Of a stretch of 37,064 nucleotides of DNA, positions 1 through 12,567 are shown in pieces. The notes under the pieces were generated by a model. It did not search any database, was not told the DNA's origin, and saw only the letters and a list, made by a program, of their open reading frames with translations. Source of the stretch: Nemertoderma westbladi (lineage: Eukaryota > Animalia > Xenacoelomorpha); contig JAUCBJ010006767.1 in the NCBI GenBank assembly GCA_032718475.1, positions 1 to 37,064 of the forward strand. The letters run 5' to 3'. Numbering within the stretch: position 1 is the first letter of the stretch; the number at the start of each line of letters is the position of its first letter. Made by a program: the position numbers and the translations under genes.

Positions 1-674
1 AAGAGGCAGGGTTGTAGGTAAGATCCTTCCAATTGGATACTTACCGAAGCCCTGGACTACTGGTATTATAGTACCTGTACAAGTGGCAGAGTTGTAGGTA
101 AGATCCTTCCAATTGGATACTTACCGAAGCCCTGGACTACTGGTATTATAGTACCTGTACAAGTGGCAGAGTTGTAGGTAAGATCCTTCCAATTGGATAC
201 TTACCGAAGCCCTGGACTACTGGTATTATAGTACCTGTACAAGTGGCAGAGTTGTAGGTAAGATCCTTCCAATTGGATACTTACCGAAGCCCTGGACTAC
301 TGGTATTATAGTACCTGTACAAGTGGCAGAGTTGTAGGTAAGATCCTTCCAATTGGATACTTACCGAAGCCCTGGACTACTGGTATTTTAGTACCTGTAC
401 AAGTGGCAGAGTTGTAGGTAAGATCCTTCCAATTGGATACTTACCGAAGCCCTGGACTACTGGTATTATAGTACCTATACAAGTGGCAGAGTTGTAGGTA
501 AGATCCTTCCAATTGGATACTTACCGAAGCCCTGGACTACTGGTATTATAGTACCTGTACAAGTGGCAGGGTTGTAGGTAAGATCCTTCTAATTGGATAC
601 TTACCGAAGCCCTGGACTACTGGTATTATAGTACCTGTACAAGAGGCAGGTTTGTAGGTAAGATCCTTCTAATT
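1..674. repeat. 80-bp tandem repeat, ~8.4 near-identical copies, running off the left edge
   Basis: Unit AAGTGGCAGAGTTGTAGGTAAGATCC...GTACCTGTAC recurs at 1, 81, 161 ... 641 with few substitutions; no unique spacers. Confidence 0.97.
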
Positions 675-802
675 TTCGTGGATCACGCATTTAAATATAG
701 TATAATAATTATTGTTAGCTACTTTATCTTTCCAGTCCAATCATTACAGGTGAATCTTAGTTTAATGTTGAAAGTTTGCGATTCAATACTGTGGATATTG
801 TT

Positions 803-946
803 CCACGAACGAGGAACCTACCGTAATTGTTTCCGGACGAGAAACTTACTGTAATTATTACAGGAACGTAACGTAATTGTTCCAAGAACGAGGAACTTAC
901 CGTAATTGTTCCCGGACGAGGAACTTACTGTAATTATTACAGGAAC
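803..946. repeat. Degenerate ~30-bp tandem repeat (GAGGAACTTACCGTAATTGTT core)
   Basis: About five imperfect copies of GGAACTTAC(C/T)GTAATT visible directly. Confidence 0.8.
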
Positions 947-1160
947 ATAATAATAACAATTCAATATAACATAACATTAATACATTTATGTACTAAATCA
1001 ATATTAATCATTTAGTGTTGATTTGAAGTTATTGTTTTTAAGTGGTTAAACTATTGAGTGTTATCATCTCAAATATAATTTTACATGCTACTACAAAAAG
1101 TGGGCGTGGCAGAAAATTTTGAAATATTCACCACATTACAATATTACAAGAAATCTGAAA

Positions 1161-1349
1161 TGAGTTGGGGGACAACTGATAGGAGCTGGTGACAACTGAT
1201 ATGAGCTGGGGACAACTGATATGAGCTGGGGACAACTGATAGGAGCTGGGGACAACTGATAGGAGCTGGGGACAACTGATAGGAGCTGGGGACAACTGAT
1301 AAGAGCTGGGGACAACTGATATGAGCTGGGGACAACTGATATGAGCTGC
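1161..1349. repeat. 20-bp minisatellite (GGGGACAACTGATAGGAGCT)n
   Basis: ~9 copies; accounts for the repetitive ORFs 1128..1391 and 1144..1446. Confidence 0.95.
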
Positions 1350-1823
1350 TATGATATGACATGGATAATGTATATAAACAACGTTCCTCACATCTGATAC
1401 AATGGTCTGTTTGAGTATAAACTATCTGGACTGTCAGAGGTGGCAAATTTTAACTCTGAATCTGAAGAGCATTGTGCATCGTTGTACATACGGAATCAGA
1501 CTTCAGATGGTCTGAATCTGATATCCGATGTGCGCCGTGCGTCTGATATTAGTCTAATATTGATCGTTAATTAAGGTATCGTTCGTTTATTAGTTACATA
1601 CCGTATTTGGTATAATTGTTTATTAGGCTAATAATCAATAAACTACTCTATATCTAGAACTACAGTAGATATGATAATAATAGTTTTTTTTTATTTAATT
1701 TGGCCTCAAATAGGGAATATAAAATCTCAGACAAGAAATGTCTTAAATCTATTCCGGCACTATTGGTCTAAACTTCTAACCCTACTTGGATTCGTCTGGC
1801 CAAAAAAATTAAAAAATGATTTC

Positions 1824-2679
1824 TAGGGTGGTTCGTTTTTTACTTTTTTTCGATTTCATTGTTCTACCGGTGCACAAAAGTTGCCAAATGGTAAAAAAAT
1901 AAGGCAAAAAAAATTTCTTTAAATTTCCTCTATATCTTCACAGATCCCAAGAGGGTTGAAATTTTGAACCGTCGCAATGCACCATAATGAGATATATAAC
2001 AATATAACACATTGATGAAAGATCAAAGACTCAAGAAAGAACTTCCTCCCTGCATCAAATGTCTTCAAATTGGTCCAAACCTAGTTAGATACCAAAATTT
2101 AAATTTTTGGATCAATGGAACTAGTGCCACTAGATTATTCTCAATTTTCGCGATGGCCAACTTTGAGTTCTCCTACGGCATTAATATTATGCTCATTATA
2201 ACCGCAATGACCGACTTAGTGGGGGTAGACACCTTCAAAACGAATAGTTCTTGAGATATCGCAGAAAATGTGAAGTCATGCACAAGTCTACATACATTAC
2301 AGCCTTTTTATAGCCTAACAGTTATCCATCACCAAAATTGAGAATAAGAGTCACTTGTGCCAAAGGGTAGGTTCTGGCCATGTGCGTGGCACTACTTCCC
2401 TTAGTCCCAACTATCTAACTAAGATTGGACCCATTTGATCACATTTGATGCATGCAGAAAGTTCTTTCTTTGAGTCATTGATCTTTCATCAATGTGTTAT
2501 ATTGTTATATATCTCATTATGGTGCATCGCGATGGCTCAAAATTTCAACCCCCTTGGGATCCGTGAAGATATAGACAAAATTTAAATAATTTTTTTTGCC
2601 TTACTTTTTTACCATTTAGCAACTTTTGTGCACCTGTAGAACAATAGAATCGAAAAAAAGTAAAAAACCCACCACCCTA
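1824..2679. mobile_element. Non-autonomous DNA transposon (MITE), hAT-like, ~265-bp imperfect terminal inverted repeats
   Basis: 1824-~2090 is the reverse complement of ~2412-2679; termini TAGGGTGG...CCACCCTA; flanking 8-mers ATGATTTC (1816-1823) and ATTATTTC (2680-2687) match 7/8, as expected of an 8-bp hAT TSD. Confidence 0.85.
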
Positions 2680-3004
2680 ATTATTTCAGGATTCCAATAA
2701 TGGTTTGAATAATTGGTTTAGGTTGGGAATAACAGTTGTTCTCTGACATATCATATTTCGTTAAGGACCATTTTGGTTGCCGTATTTTTGGCCGCTTTTT
2801 TGCCACGTTTTCCCCGCGTTTTTGCCACGTTTTTTCCATTGCTTGACTTTAACACAATTCATAAAATAGTATATTCTAGAATACAAAGGTAGTACGTTGA
2901 AACAACAGGACAAGGAAACAACAGGTTTAACATTATAATTTTAAATAAATGTTAATTCCTATATTCTTTATATATTCTCATATATTCTTTATATATTCTC
3001 ATAT

Positions 3005-4385
3005 ACTACTACTACTACTAGGTCGAGCGAACTCGGACAGTGGAAATGAGATCCTTCCAGGCTTCCCGATTCTCCATAGTTGTCGCAATTTCGTTTCTCC
3101 CAAGTTCAGTATCCCTTTCAAGTTGATCTATATATGTTATGGCAGGTCGTCCACGACTACGCTTTCCATGAGTTGGTTGCCAGAGAAGTAGATCTGGTAT
3201 GAACTCGTCTTTACTTCGCCAGCAGTGCCCACTGAATCTTAATCTGCGTTCACGGAGGGTGGTTGATACAGGTGGTATTGTACCATAAAGCTCGGCGTTT
3301 GTCATGTGTTGTCTCCAGCTGATGTTTAGGGCTGCCCTTAGTAGTCTTGTGTAGCAACCATCAATTCGTTGTTCAAGTGATTTAGTCAGTGTCCAGGTCT
3401 CACCCCCGTATAAAAATACACTTTCCACTGTGGCTCGAAAGAACTTGGTCTTCAGGTGCCTGGAGAGATCTGATTTCCAGATGGTATCCATTTTTGATAG
3501 AGCTACCCAAGCCTTTGCTTTCCTAACTTCTATGTCCTTTTTGCTACTCTCTATCCATGATCCAAGGTACTGAAAGTCATCGACCTGCCTTAGTTGATTA
3601 TTATCAATGGTTGTCAAGTTTCCATCAACATTAAAGGTCATGAATTCGGTCTTGGTAGCATTTATATGCAATCCAACCTCCTTAGCAGCCCTCTCCACTT
3701 TATTTAGTAGAAGCTGTGCATCTGCTAGCGTATTAGAGAGCAGGGCGATGTCATCCGCAAAGTCGGTGTCTGTGACTGTAGTTGCCGGATATCTACTACT
3801 TCTGCGTTTTTGAAGTGTGAATCCCAGATCTTCACCCTTTGTGGCCGTCCTGGCTGGCGTACTGCAAGGTGACACTTGCAGTACGCCAGCCAGGATTGAG
3901 AAAAACTCAGTTTCACCATCTGGTGAGAGTACCTGCGCTTCTGTGTCACAATATAGCAATCCAATGCCAGCAACAATTACTTCTGGTATTCCATAAGCTC
4001 TTAGGATTTCAAGCATTTTACCTCTATGGATGGAGTCGAATGCCTTCTTGAAGTCCACAAAAGTCATGACTGCGGGGAGATTCTTTGACTTAATTCCTTC
4101 AATCAGTCTCCGTAGTGCAAGTATCTGAGCTATTGTTGATCTACTTGGTCGAAATCCGTTTTGGCTCTTACGCAGTAGTTTCTCTATGTGAGGCCTAATC
4201 CTATATAGAATCATTTTATTGTATATTTTGGCAGCTACCACAAGCAGACAGATCCCACGATAGTTTGTTGGTATGCCGAGGTCTCCTTTCTTGGGGAGAG
4301 GCTTTAGTTGACCTTTAGTCCAAATTGGTGGTGGCTTTTCCCCTTTTAACATCCGGTTGCAAACATTCAATAATGGTCTATATTA
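3005..4385 (-). mobile_element. 5'-truncated RTE-clade LINE inserted in a 21-bp minisatellite
   Basis: RT ORF, (TAG)n 3' tail at 3005-3020, (TATATTCTTTATATATTCTCA)n on both sides (~2960-3004 and ~4389-4460). Confidence 0.9.
3018..4370 (-). pseudogene. RTE-type reverse transcriptase, N-terminally truncated, QG motif region rearranged
   Basis: PKKGD, NYRGI, QNGFR, FVDFKKAFDS, GVLQ, FADD, YLGS and C-terminal RRLRFSGHC..RGRP motifs. Confidence 0.92.
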
Positions 4386-4548
4386 TCATATATTCTTTAT
4401 ATATTCTCATATATTCTTTATATATTCTCATATATTCTTTATATATTCTCATATATTCTTCTATTTTTTTAATAGATTATGTTGTCGTACTGATAATGTT
4501 TTTGGCAGTTTGGAGAACAATAAATTCTTTTGAGTGTATAAACCGGGC

Positions 4549-4823
4549 TTTAAGGAAACATCCAACCCACACTTTATAAGGTAAAACTTCCCTTCTTTGT
4601 CGCAGACGCCTGTTGGATTTACTGGCGAAAGGAAAGGAGTTGAGAGCAGAGAGCTTATGCAAACAATAAAGTGTCATAAAGGCAATCAAAGGCGGCAAGT
4701 ATTAAGACCTTTATAGAACAATTATTAGTAACTACCTTAGTATAGATACCACTGTGTGTTAGTTATCACTTTAAATTACATTCTTATGATTAACTGTCAC
4801 AGAAAGACTGCTGCCGCCTGGCT
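4549..4823 (+). repeat. ~280-bp direct repeat, copy A
   Basis: Aligns with 5537-5830 (TTTAAGGAAACATCCAACCCACACTT...CGCCTGGCT) with scattered substitutions and indels. Confidence 0.85.
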
Positions 4824-4962
4824 ACCAGTTACCAACAGACTGCTGGCACCGGCCTACCAGTTACAGACAGGGGCGTCGCTAATTTTTACATCAATGTAAT
4901 TTACTTGAACAGTGAAAAAATAATAATAAAATTAAAGGTTACTAAATTACAACACTCCAAAT

Positions 4963-5430
4963 CCGGGCACGGTGTCACGCTTCTAGACGGGCACCGGGTG
5001 ATGTGTCACATCTCTACCCGGGCGCGGGCGCAGGGACACGCTTCTACACGGGCGCAGGGTCACGCTTCTACACGGGCACGGGGTGATGTGTCACGCCTCT
5101 ACACGGGCGCGGGGTCATGTCTCTACACAGGTGCAGGGTCACGTCTCTAAACGGGCGCGGGGTCACGCTTCAACACGGGTGCGGGGTCACGTCTCTACAC
5201 GGGCGCAGGGTCACGCTTCTACACGGGCACGGGGTGATGTGTCACTTCTCTACCCGGGCGCGGGGTCACGTCTCTACACGGGCGCGGGGTCACGCTTCTA
5301 CATGGGCACGGGGTGATGTATCACGTCTCTACTCGGGCGCGGAGTCACGTCTCTACACGGGCACGGGGTCACGTCTCTTCCCGGGCGCGGGGTCACGTCT
5401 CTACCCGGGCGTGGGGTAATGTCTCTACAT
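4963..5430. repeat. GC-rich 24-bp minisatellite (CACGTCTCTACACGGGCGCGGGGT)n with 31-bp variants
   Basis: Visible tandem units; source of repetitive ORFs in all three + frames. Confidence 0.93.
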
Positions 5431-5536
5431 CCTCTTTCTTTATATAAAAATCTCTGGGAGCGACAAGAATATAAACCTTGGTCCGATCAAATATATTTTG
5501 TTCGTCATTGGAAGTAAAGTCTTTAGTACGCAAAGG

Positions 5537-5830
5537 TTTAAGGAAACATCCAACCCACACTTGATGTGGAGGTACAGCTTCCATTCTTTGTCGCCGCAGA
5601 CGCCTGTAGGATTTACTGGCGATAGGAAAGGAGCTGACTCTGACAGCAGAGAGCTTTATGCAATCAATATAGTCTCAAAGGGAATCAAAGGCGGCAAGTA
5701 TTAAGATCTATTATTGAACAATTATTAGTAACTAACCTTAGTATAGATAGATACCATTGTATGTTAATTTATCACTTTAAATTACATTCTTATGATTAAC
5801 GGTCACAGACAGACTGCTTGGCGCCTGGCT
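5537..5830 (+). repeat. ~290-bp direct repeat, copy B
   Basis: Aligns with 4549-4823. Confidence 0.85.
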
Positions 5831-5959
5831 TCCGCCAAGTTTTACAACAACGTCATGACCAACTACATATACAACCCGTCAAGCTGCTGCAAAGCCCCTA
5901 AATTTAGAGGGCCAGTTATTTCTCTTACATAGAATCCCTGAAACCAGTGTCGGAGCCAC

Positions 5960-6131
5960 TACTACTATTACTACTACTACGATCGGCATGCTGCATTGCA
6001 TATATATATATATATATATATTACATAAGAATGCTGTGCCGGCTTGTGGACAAAATTTCGCAGCCACAACACCCATCACCCATGACTTTTGCTAGATCAT
6101 CCGCATTTTCAAGGCCAGTAGTGTCCTTTAA
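5960..6131 (-). mobile_element. 3' end fragment of a second RTE family (same family as 33529-34060)
   Basis: GATCGGCATGCTGCATTGCA...AAGAATGCTGTGCCGGCTTGT...TGCTAGATCATCCGCAT matches 33536-33669; (TAG)n tail; (TA)n expansion in the 3' UTR. Confidence 0.88.
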
Positions 6132-7240
6132 CCCTATTAAACCCGGGGGGGGCGGGGTCAATATGACCCCCCCACCCCCCCCCCCCCCCACCCCGTGGTT
6201 TTTTGTTATAATTCTGAAACAAACGCATTTGGGAATCTGAAATTTTATGACTTTTCCTAAAAATATATTGTCTTTCTAGTAGTGAAAACCGTTTTCAAAA
6301 ATATTGGGTAGTGTTCAAGTTATAGCACCATTTTTTAACCCTACTTTGGCACTTTTTTTTAGACGTTTTTTGAAAATTACAGTTCATTAAATGTGATTTC
6401 TAACATCTCTATTTATTTTACACCGGTTTTTTGGTGTTAGCAATTGGATGGAATTCATATATAAATTGATTTAGAAATTTCAAACTTGTTTTTTTTTTCG
6501 GCGGGTGCCAAATGTTTGTGCCAGCACGAAATTTTGAAATATGTCAATTTTGTAAATTGATTGTTTGAAACTTGTTTTTTACGCAATTTGACTTTTTGGG
6601 GTTCTGGTTTCGATGGAATATATACAAGTTGCACCAAGCGTATCATACTTGTATTTTTCGGTGCTGTGTGCAAATTAAGGTGCTAGCACGAAATTTTGAA
6701 AATCCATTCAATAGATAAAATTCCTTGTGACAATTTAATTCTTGCGTTTTAGAGGTTTGTGGCTGTTTTGAATTCAATGGAATATATAATTATCGAACTA
6801 GACTTCTCAAACTTGTATTTTTCGGAAGTGGGTGCAAAATGTGGTGTTAGCACCAAATGTTGAAAACCATCAAAAATATAAATTGATTGTGTCACCGTGT
6901 TTCTTGCGTTATACGGGTTTTTGAGGGTTCTGAATTCAATGGAATCAGTAAAAATTTCATAAGAGTTTTCATACTTGTATTTTTCGCCTGTGGGTAAAAA
7001 TTGTTGTGCCGGCACCAAATTTTCGAAAATAAGCAAATTGATCAGCAAATATCCTGCAAAGCGGAAGCGGTTCCGTTCAATAAAATTGTGATGGTATAAG
7101 GTTTTTCGAGGACGCTGGTCACGACAACACTATTTCAAAAATATTTTCTGGAAATGTAAACATCATTTTTGGTTCCATTATGGTGCCCCAGAACGAAAAG
7201 TACTTTAAGTAGAAAAAATTTCAAACTGTTAAGTTTTCAA
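6132..7240. mobile_element. piggyBac-like non-autonomous element, left end with ~120-bp internal sub-repeats; right end not identified
   Basis: TTAA|CCCTATTAAAC start at a TTAA belonging to the RTE fragment; same start at 12956; repeated ACTTGTATTTTTCG..GCACCAAAT units at ~6450-7050. Confidence 0.6.
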
Positions 7241-7254
7241 ACCCTCTGATCACG

Positions 7255-7619
7255 ATAGTAGTACAGTAGTAGTACAGTAGTACATTAGTACAGTAGTACA
7301 GTAGTAGTAGTAGTAGTACAGTTGTACAGTAGTAGTACAGTAGTACAGTAGTAGTACAGTAGTACAGTAGTAGTACAGTAGTAGTACAGTAGTACAGTAG
7401 TAGTACAGTAGTAGTACAGTAGTAGTATAGTAGTAGTACAGTAGTACAGTAGTAGTGCATTAGTACAGTAGTACAGTAGTAGTGCATTAGTACAGTAGTA
7501 CAGTAGTAGTACAGTAGTAGTACAGTAGTAGTGCATTAGTACAGTAGTACAGTAGTAGTGCATTAGTACAGTAGTACAGTAGTAGTACAGTAGTAGTACA
7601 GTGAAGTACAGTAGTAGTG
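7255..7619. repeat. Compound microsatellite (GTAGTACA / GTA)n
   Basis: Directly visible; accounts for ORFs 7221..7487 and 7285..7563. Confidence 0.97.
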
Positions 7620-7689
7620 AGCGAATTTTGAGCGAATATTAATTACATATCATATTAATAATCTTTATATTATTTGCACAATCACCGAA

Positions 7690-8770
7690 GGAGTAAAAGT
7701 GAATTAAATCTACATAAACTAAAGCTATTTTTAGCGGCATATCTGTAATACGTCCCTATTATAACAACATAAAGTATGTAACTTGTCATTATTACAGCCG
7801 AAAATGTTTTCTAAAGTTCCAACATTTATATCAGCGCCATACTTAACACGTACAGGTTCAGATAATATGCAATTGGTCAGAACATGGTCCTCGGTTTGAA
7901 ATGACGTCTTGTCACACTGACACACTCTGTTCTCGGTGGTAGGGGTTCTGCTTCACCTACCCTTTTCAATTCGGAGGTCGTGTGACATAACGCGTATTCT
8001 TGTGAACCATATCCTAACAAAGTCCGGTATGTAAACTTTACGTTGGGACTACAGTACATGTGGTTTTATTTGAACATTTATTAATTGCCGGTAAGTGTGT
8101 GAAATTTTGTCGACGATGCTGGTTTTCGACGAATTCTATCCTGAATCTCACAGAAAGGGTCAGTTCCAGAATTTAGACTCTCAATCAGTAATTTGTATCC
8201 GGGTTAGTTTTCTTTCTTACATAGATCAAATACTTTACAAAAGGGAAGTTCACTATCACGGTTTTTAAGCATCTTCGATATAAATTTCTTCCGTGCTACA
8301 GTAATACGCTAATTCAATGGTTTAATACCCGATTCGATTAAACAAATATCTATAGGTGTCTGAACTCGCACTGATAACAATGACCTAACCTACGACTATA
8401 AACCTTTAGTATTACACGTGTATTATTTGAGAGGCAACCTTCGGACGCATATAAAATAGAGGCAATAAGTACAGCGGCTTCAAAAACTTGTAGTTTTAAG
8501 TAAGAAGGCATAGATGTATTACGAGAGCAAAAAATAGTAAACTTGTTAGCCGAACTCGAATTCGGCTAACAGAATTTATAATGCAATTTCAATACAGTCG
8601 AGATTTTTCCATCTTGTGTAAACAACGATCCTAGGTAAATATATTTGTCGCAGTTTAATATCGCGATTGCATCAATACAGAACTCTACCCTGTTGGATTC
8701 ACTCCCACTAATTACAATCAATTTTGTTTTGGTTTCATTGAATTACATACCAGATTCATCTCGTTAAAAA
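7690..8770 (-). pseudogene. Decayed LINE 3' part (RT thumb plus C-terminal CCHC finger; RTEX/CR1-like)
   Basis: Minus-strand translation gives NETKTKLIVI, KYIYLGSLFTQDG, RIRVMSHDLRIEKGR and CQCDKTSFQTEDHVLTNC with stops and frameshifts. Confidence 0.8.
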
Positions 8771-9627
8771 TCATTCGTGGTAACGCAACTGTAATTTTTG
8801 GTATTAGTTTGTTGGGACGAAAAAAACAAGTAGGTTGAAATTTCAAAAGGGCAAAAATCAAATTTGGTTTGATAATACGATATTTTTGAGTGTCTTATTC
8901 GTGATCAGAATCTCCGTAAACCCAATGTAATAATAATGTTGATTTGGATATGATTTTTAATTTTTTCAATTTCAATTTTTTGTGCGACTTGTATTTTTCG
9001 TGCCGCACATTGACACGTATCTAAAAAAGCCGTTATCAACAAGGTAGGGTATTTTTCAGTGCCATGTCCGTGATCAGCATCCCAAAAAAACCATATGGTC
9101 ATAAATACAATTAGATTTTATGTTGATTTTTCATTATCATATTTCCACTACCGGTACTTGTTTTTTTTTTCGTGCTCCAGGGGCCACAAATAACTGAATG
9201 ATAACTAATATAACAACATGCCTATGTTATTATATATTACACAACCTGAACAATGGAGCTAAACGGTTGCATGCAATCAGTGATTGCAAGCCATTGCAAT
9301 CGGTCCTTGCATGCCTACCGGTAAGGTTTTTACTCAGGAGGGGGGGGGGGGGGGGGGTGGTTAGCGATAATTAATTTTTTTCTATTTCATCCAGAGCAGA
9401 TTTTTATCAAGATTCCAAATTTCTAAATCCGTTTAGCAAGGTCTGTCTTACTTCTGGAGATATGGCTGTCTGTCCGTTTACTGTCGGTTTGTCCGTCAGT
9501 AGGCGTATCGATTATTTCAATCAGCCGATTCTAAGTTTTGAATACTGAAGCCATGGACATTTTTTAAATGTTGTGGCAGACGTTTATAACATCCCTCTAT
9601 TTTTCATCACATTTTGGAGATTTTGAG

Positions 9628-9701
9628 ATTCTACGCTATCCTATATTTAACAGACCGGGGTTTATTAGAAATCCTCCCCTTGAGTGATATATGTTAACTC
9701 C
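9628..9701 (+). repeat. Left copy of ~73-bp direct repeat flanking the CRE-like element (probable TSD)
   Basis: Identical to 12568-12640 except one indel and one substitution. Confidence 0.9.
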
Positions 9702-12549
9702 GACTACATTGAAATTTATTTTAATTAATGGTAAATAACAATAACAATAACAATAACCTGCACAGAATATTAATGAAATATGGCCAAAAAGTGGAGGAAA
9801 GACAGAAGACAAACATATATATAGCTATAGTAAAATAGTGTTGATAACCCAGCAAACTGTACAACCTGAAAATGCAAACTATTCAATACCAGCTGCAGGA
9901 AGTGTCTAGTTCTCGAGTGTAAATCGAGGTAGTGCAGCTCCATCCGTCACACCTGAGCACCGCCAACGTGACCTGGATGATCTAAAACAGGCACAGGTGG
10001 CCCTCAGCGTCGCAAACGACAGTCTGGTTCGGACCCAGCACATTACCTGGGAGTAGGGTTTATCCCACTTGGTACTGAGGAACTCAGCCAGGCGGTGGAG
10101 GACCATGGAGTACTTTGTACCCAGAACGCCATATACTGTGGTAACCAAAGGGGAGAAGTCAGCCTGACGTTGTGCCAAGCGTCCAGATATTTATTTTTCT
10201 TCTCTCTTTCTGCGCTGCTCAATAGCGACTGTACTGATCTGGTAGCATAAGAGGGGGCGTCAGAGTAAACAACTCGAATATCAAACAACGCCCTCCTCTG
10301 CTGCTGCCAGAATCCCCGTACAGATAAGTCACCTCGCCACCCTTCCATGTTGTGTTGCTCATCTGCCTCGCGGATGATGGGCTCTCTCTCTACTGATGCC
10401 TCCGAGAAGACCAGGCTAAAGAGCTCACCCTGGGCATCTCGCACCTCGTTGTGACGCAATGTTACTAAACCACTACTCTTCTTGCAATCCAAGGCGTGCG
10501 AGAGAGTGAATGCTGAACCGCAGCCATCACAGTTGGTGGGTGCACCCACTAGAGGACGTCCATAGCGAAGACTGAGACCATCCCTAAACTCATTGGCTGC
10601 CAGATCGAAGTTTTGTGACTTGAGTGGAAGTGCTGTCAGCCAACTCGAAGTCGATGATGAGGCCCTTCCAACTGCTCGTCGACGAGATGGGGGTAATTCG
10701 TTCTGCACCGAATCAAGGATGTTGTCGGCGTGTTCACATGCCTGATTGGAGTGGGATTGCCGTGCCTCCTTCACGGAGCGTCCATGTTCATAAAAGTTAA
10801 TTTCTGATCGACTTTTGATTGCTTCACATGCCACTTGCGTTGCGGATCGAGAAGTCTCTAGTGAGGTAGTTGCTGTCTGAGTCGGATCAGGGATTCCCAA
10901 GCCACCTTTGCCTACTGGTAAGGAAAGCAGCTTCCGTTCCACATTGGAAACTGAACCACCCATAATCGCTGGAAGGAACTTGTCACGCAAGGCGTTATCT
11001 ATTGGTGTATACAGTTCCTTTGTGCTAGATGGCATCACTCGCTGGAGAAATCCCCATTGAAATTGCAGTGAGCGTGTAATGGCTGAGTAGACGGCTTGTG
11101 GTTGGTTGACGGCAATCTCTGCAAGGCGTTCTATGTCAGCCTCCCACTTGTAAACCTTTGAAGATATATACTGATTTAGAAGACTGTTATCACCGACGAA
11201 TCCACCCAGAGTCCTGGTACCATTTACCACACCACTCCCATCCACATTGATGCCGAGTCCACTGAATAAATGGCGTGCAGTTGTCTCATCACCACTATCA
11301 ACGACAAGGGTGCATTTATCAGGCTCTGGGAAATACCCATAGGATGGTCCACACTTTATGAGGCGAATGAACCACTCTTGAAGCTTTATCAATTCGCCCA
11401 CGTTCTCTGAATCATCTGCAAACCATACCTGATTATATTCGTCAGATTTCAGTTCTAGGATAAGGGGGTAGACAGCGACAGCATATCCCAGCATTGTCAG
11501 TGGGTCTCCCTGTGTGAATCCTTCTCTGCTGAGTAAATGGAGAGTTCCGGAAGGCCCATGGAGAACCAGAATTGAGTAACCTCGGTAGGTATTAAAAAAG
11601 AATCGAGCACATCGAGGCCAGAAAATTCGAATATTCCACAGAGCTTGTTATTCTATTGATGGAATTGAAAGCGTTCTTCGCATCGACTAATAACACTCAC
11701 CATCCCTGACAGGTGTGTTCATCCCAGAGGTCTCTAATGACATGTATTGCCGACTCTATTCCGACAGACAACCAACTACACAGTTGGTCGACACCACAGA
11801 GTTCTTGCACGTCACCACCTGTTGCATCAGCCATACACTTCCCTATAACCCGTCTTAGTGATTCCCCGATCCCTATTGGACGTACCCCAGGACACTTGTT
11901 TAACGCAATCAGTCTACTAGCCATGAGAGCTCGTATACTCACCCATTCAACACTACCATTGGCTAGCCTTCGGATAAGACTAGCTTCTGCCTCACGTAGT
12001 CGCTCACTCTGGGCACCTCTGTAGAGGAGCATATCACGCCAATGAACAGAATCTGCCCCACCCGGTCCAGCGCCGCCTTGTAGTTTATGGGCCACTGCTT
12101 CCACATGAGTTGCAGTAATATCAACTGGCACCATAGTTGGAAGATCTACCATATCATAACCAAACAGACTATCCAGTTTCGGTGGTGATGAGTCTGGGTG
12201 TTTGCATTGAAGGACATCCAGCACTTGTTTAACTTCCCCCTTGATTTCAATCTTGGATAGGGGGTCTAATACTCCTCCCACACTTCTCTCAGTAACCCAG
12301 CGCACAGCTGCTCGGACTCTGCCTTGGAGCATGAGTTTAGTAAATACTCGCTCTGTATGCTGGGGCTCCAGTTGAGCGGAGACTCTTTTGGTTTTGTTTA
12401 AACGATTGCAGCGCTTAAATTCACTCATGAGTTCGTCGAATTTCGATTCATGCCACATGTCGATTCTACGCTGCAGTAGTCGGCGGATATCGGAACCCTT
12501 TACAATGGCTTTCTCCCGTTGTAGCATGAGGGACTCAAACACCAAAATG
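9702..12549 (-). mobile_element. 5'-truncated CRE-like non-LTR retrotransposon (RT plus restriction-like endonuclease)
   Basis: GVRPIGIGE, QGDPL, FADD, GGLGI, CDGC..HALDC..RHNEVRD, RGDL, FDIRV, EREKKNKY; minus-strand AATAAA near 9715-9720 close to the 3' end. Confidence 0.9.
9906..12545 (-). pseudogene. RT-RLE polyprotein broken into at least three frames (11697..12545, 10043..11494, 9906..10178)
   Basis: Consecutive motifs continue across frameshifts near 11700, 11520-11650 and 10180. Confidence 0.88.
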
Positions 12550-12567
12550 CGCTACCCTATATTCTAT

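Noticed and set aside
1-674. CRISPR array
   Set aside because: Whole 80-bp unit repeats with no unique spacers; no cas genes; eukaryotic context
1128-7563. Short repetitive ORFs (1128-1446, 4905-5419, 7221-7563, 2949-3191, 4325-4579)
   Set aside because: Translations of mini/microsatellites or antisense to the LINE
9333-9685. Small MITE with ACTCA-G-rich inverted ends
   Set aside because: Inverted match is short, imperfect and low-complexity; no TSD found
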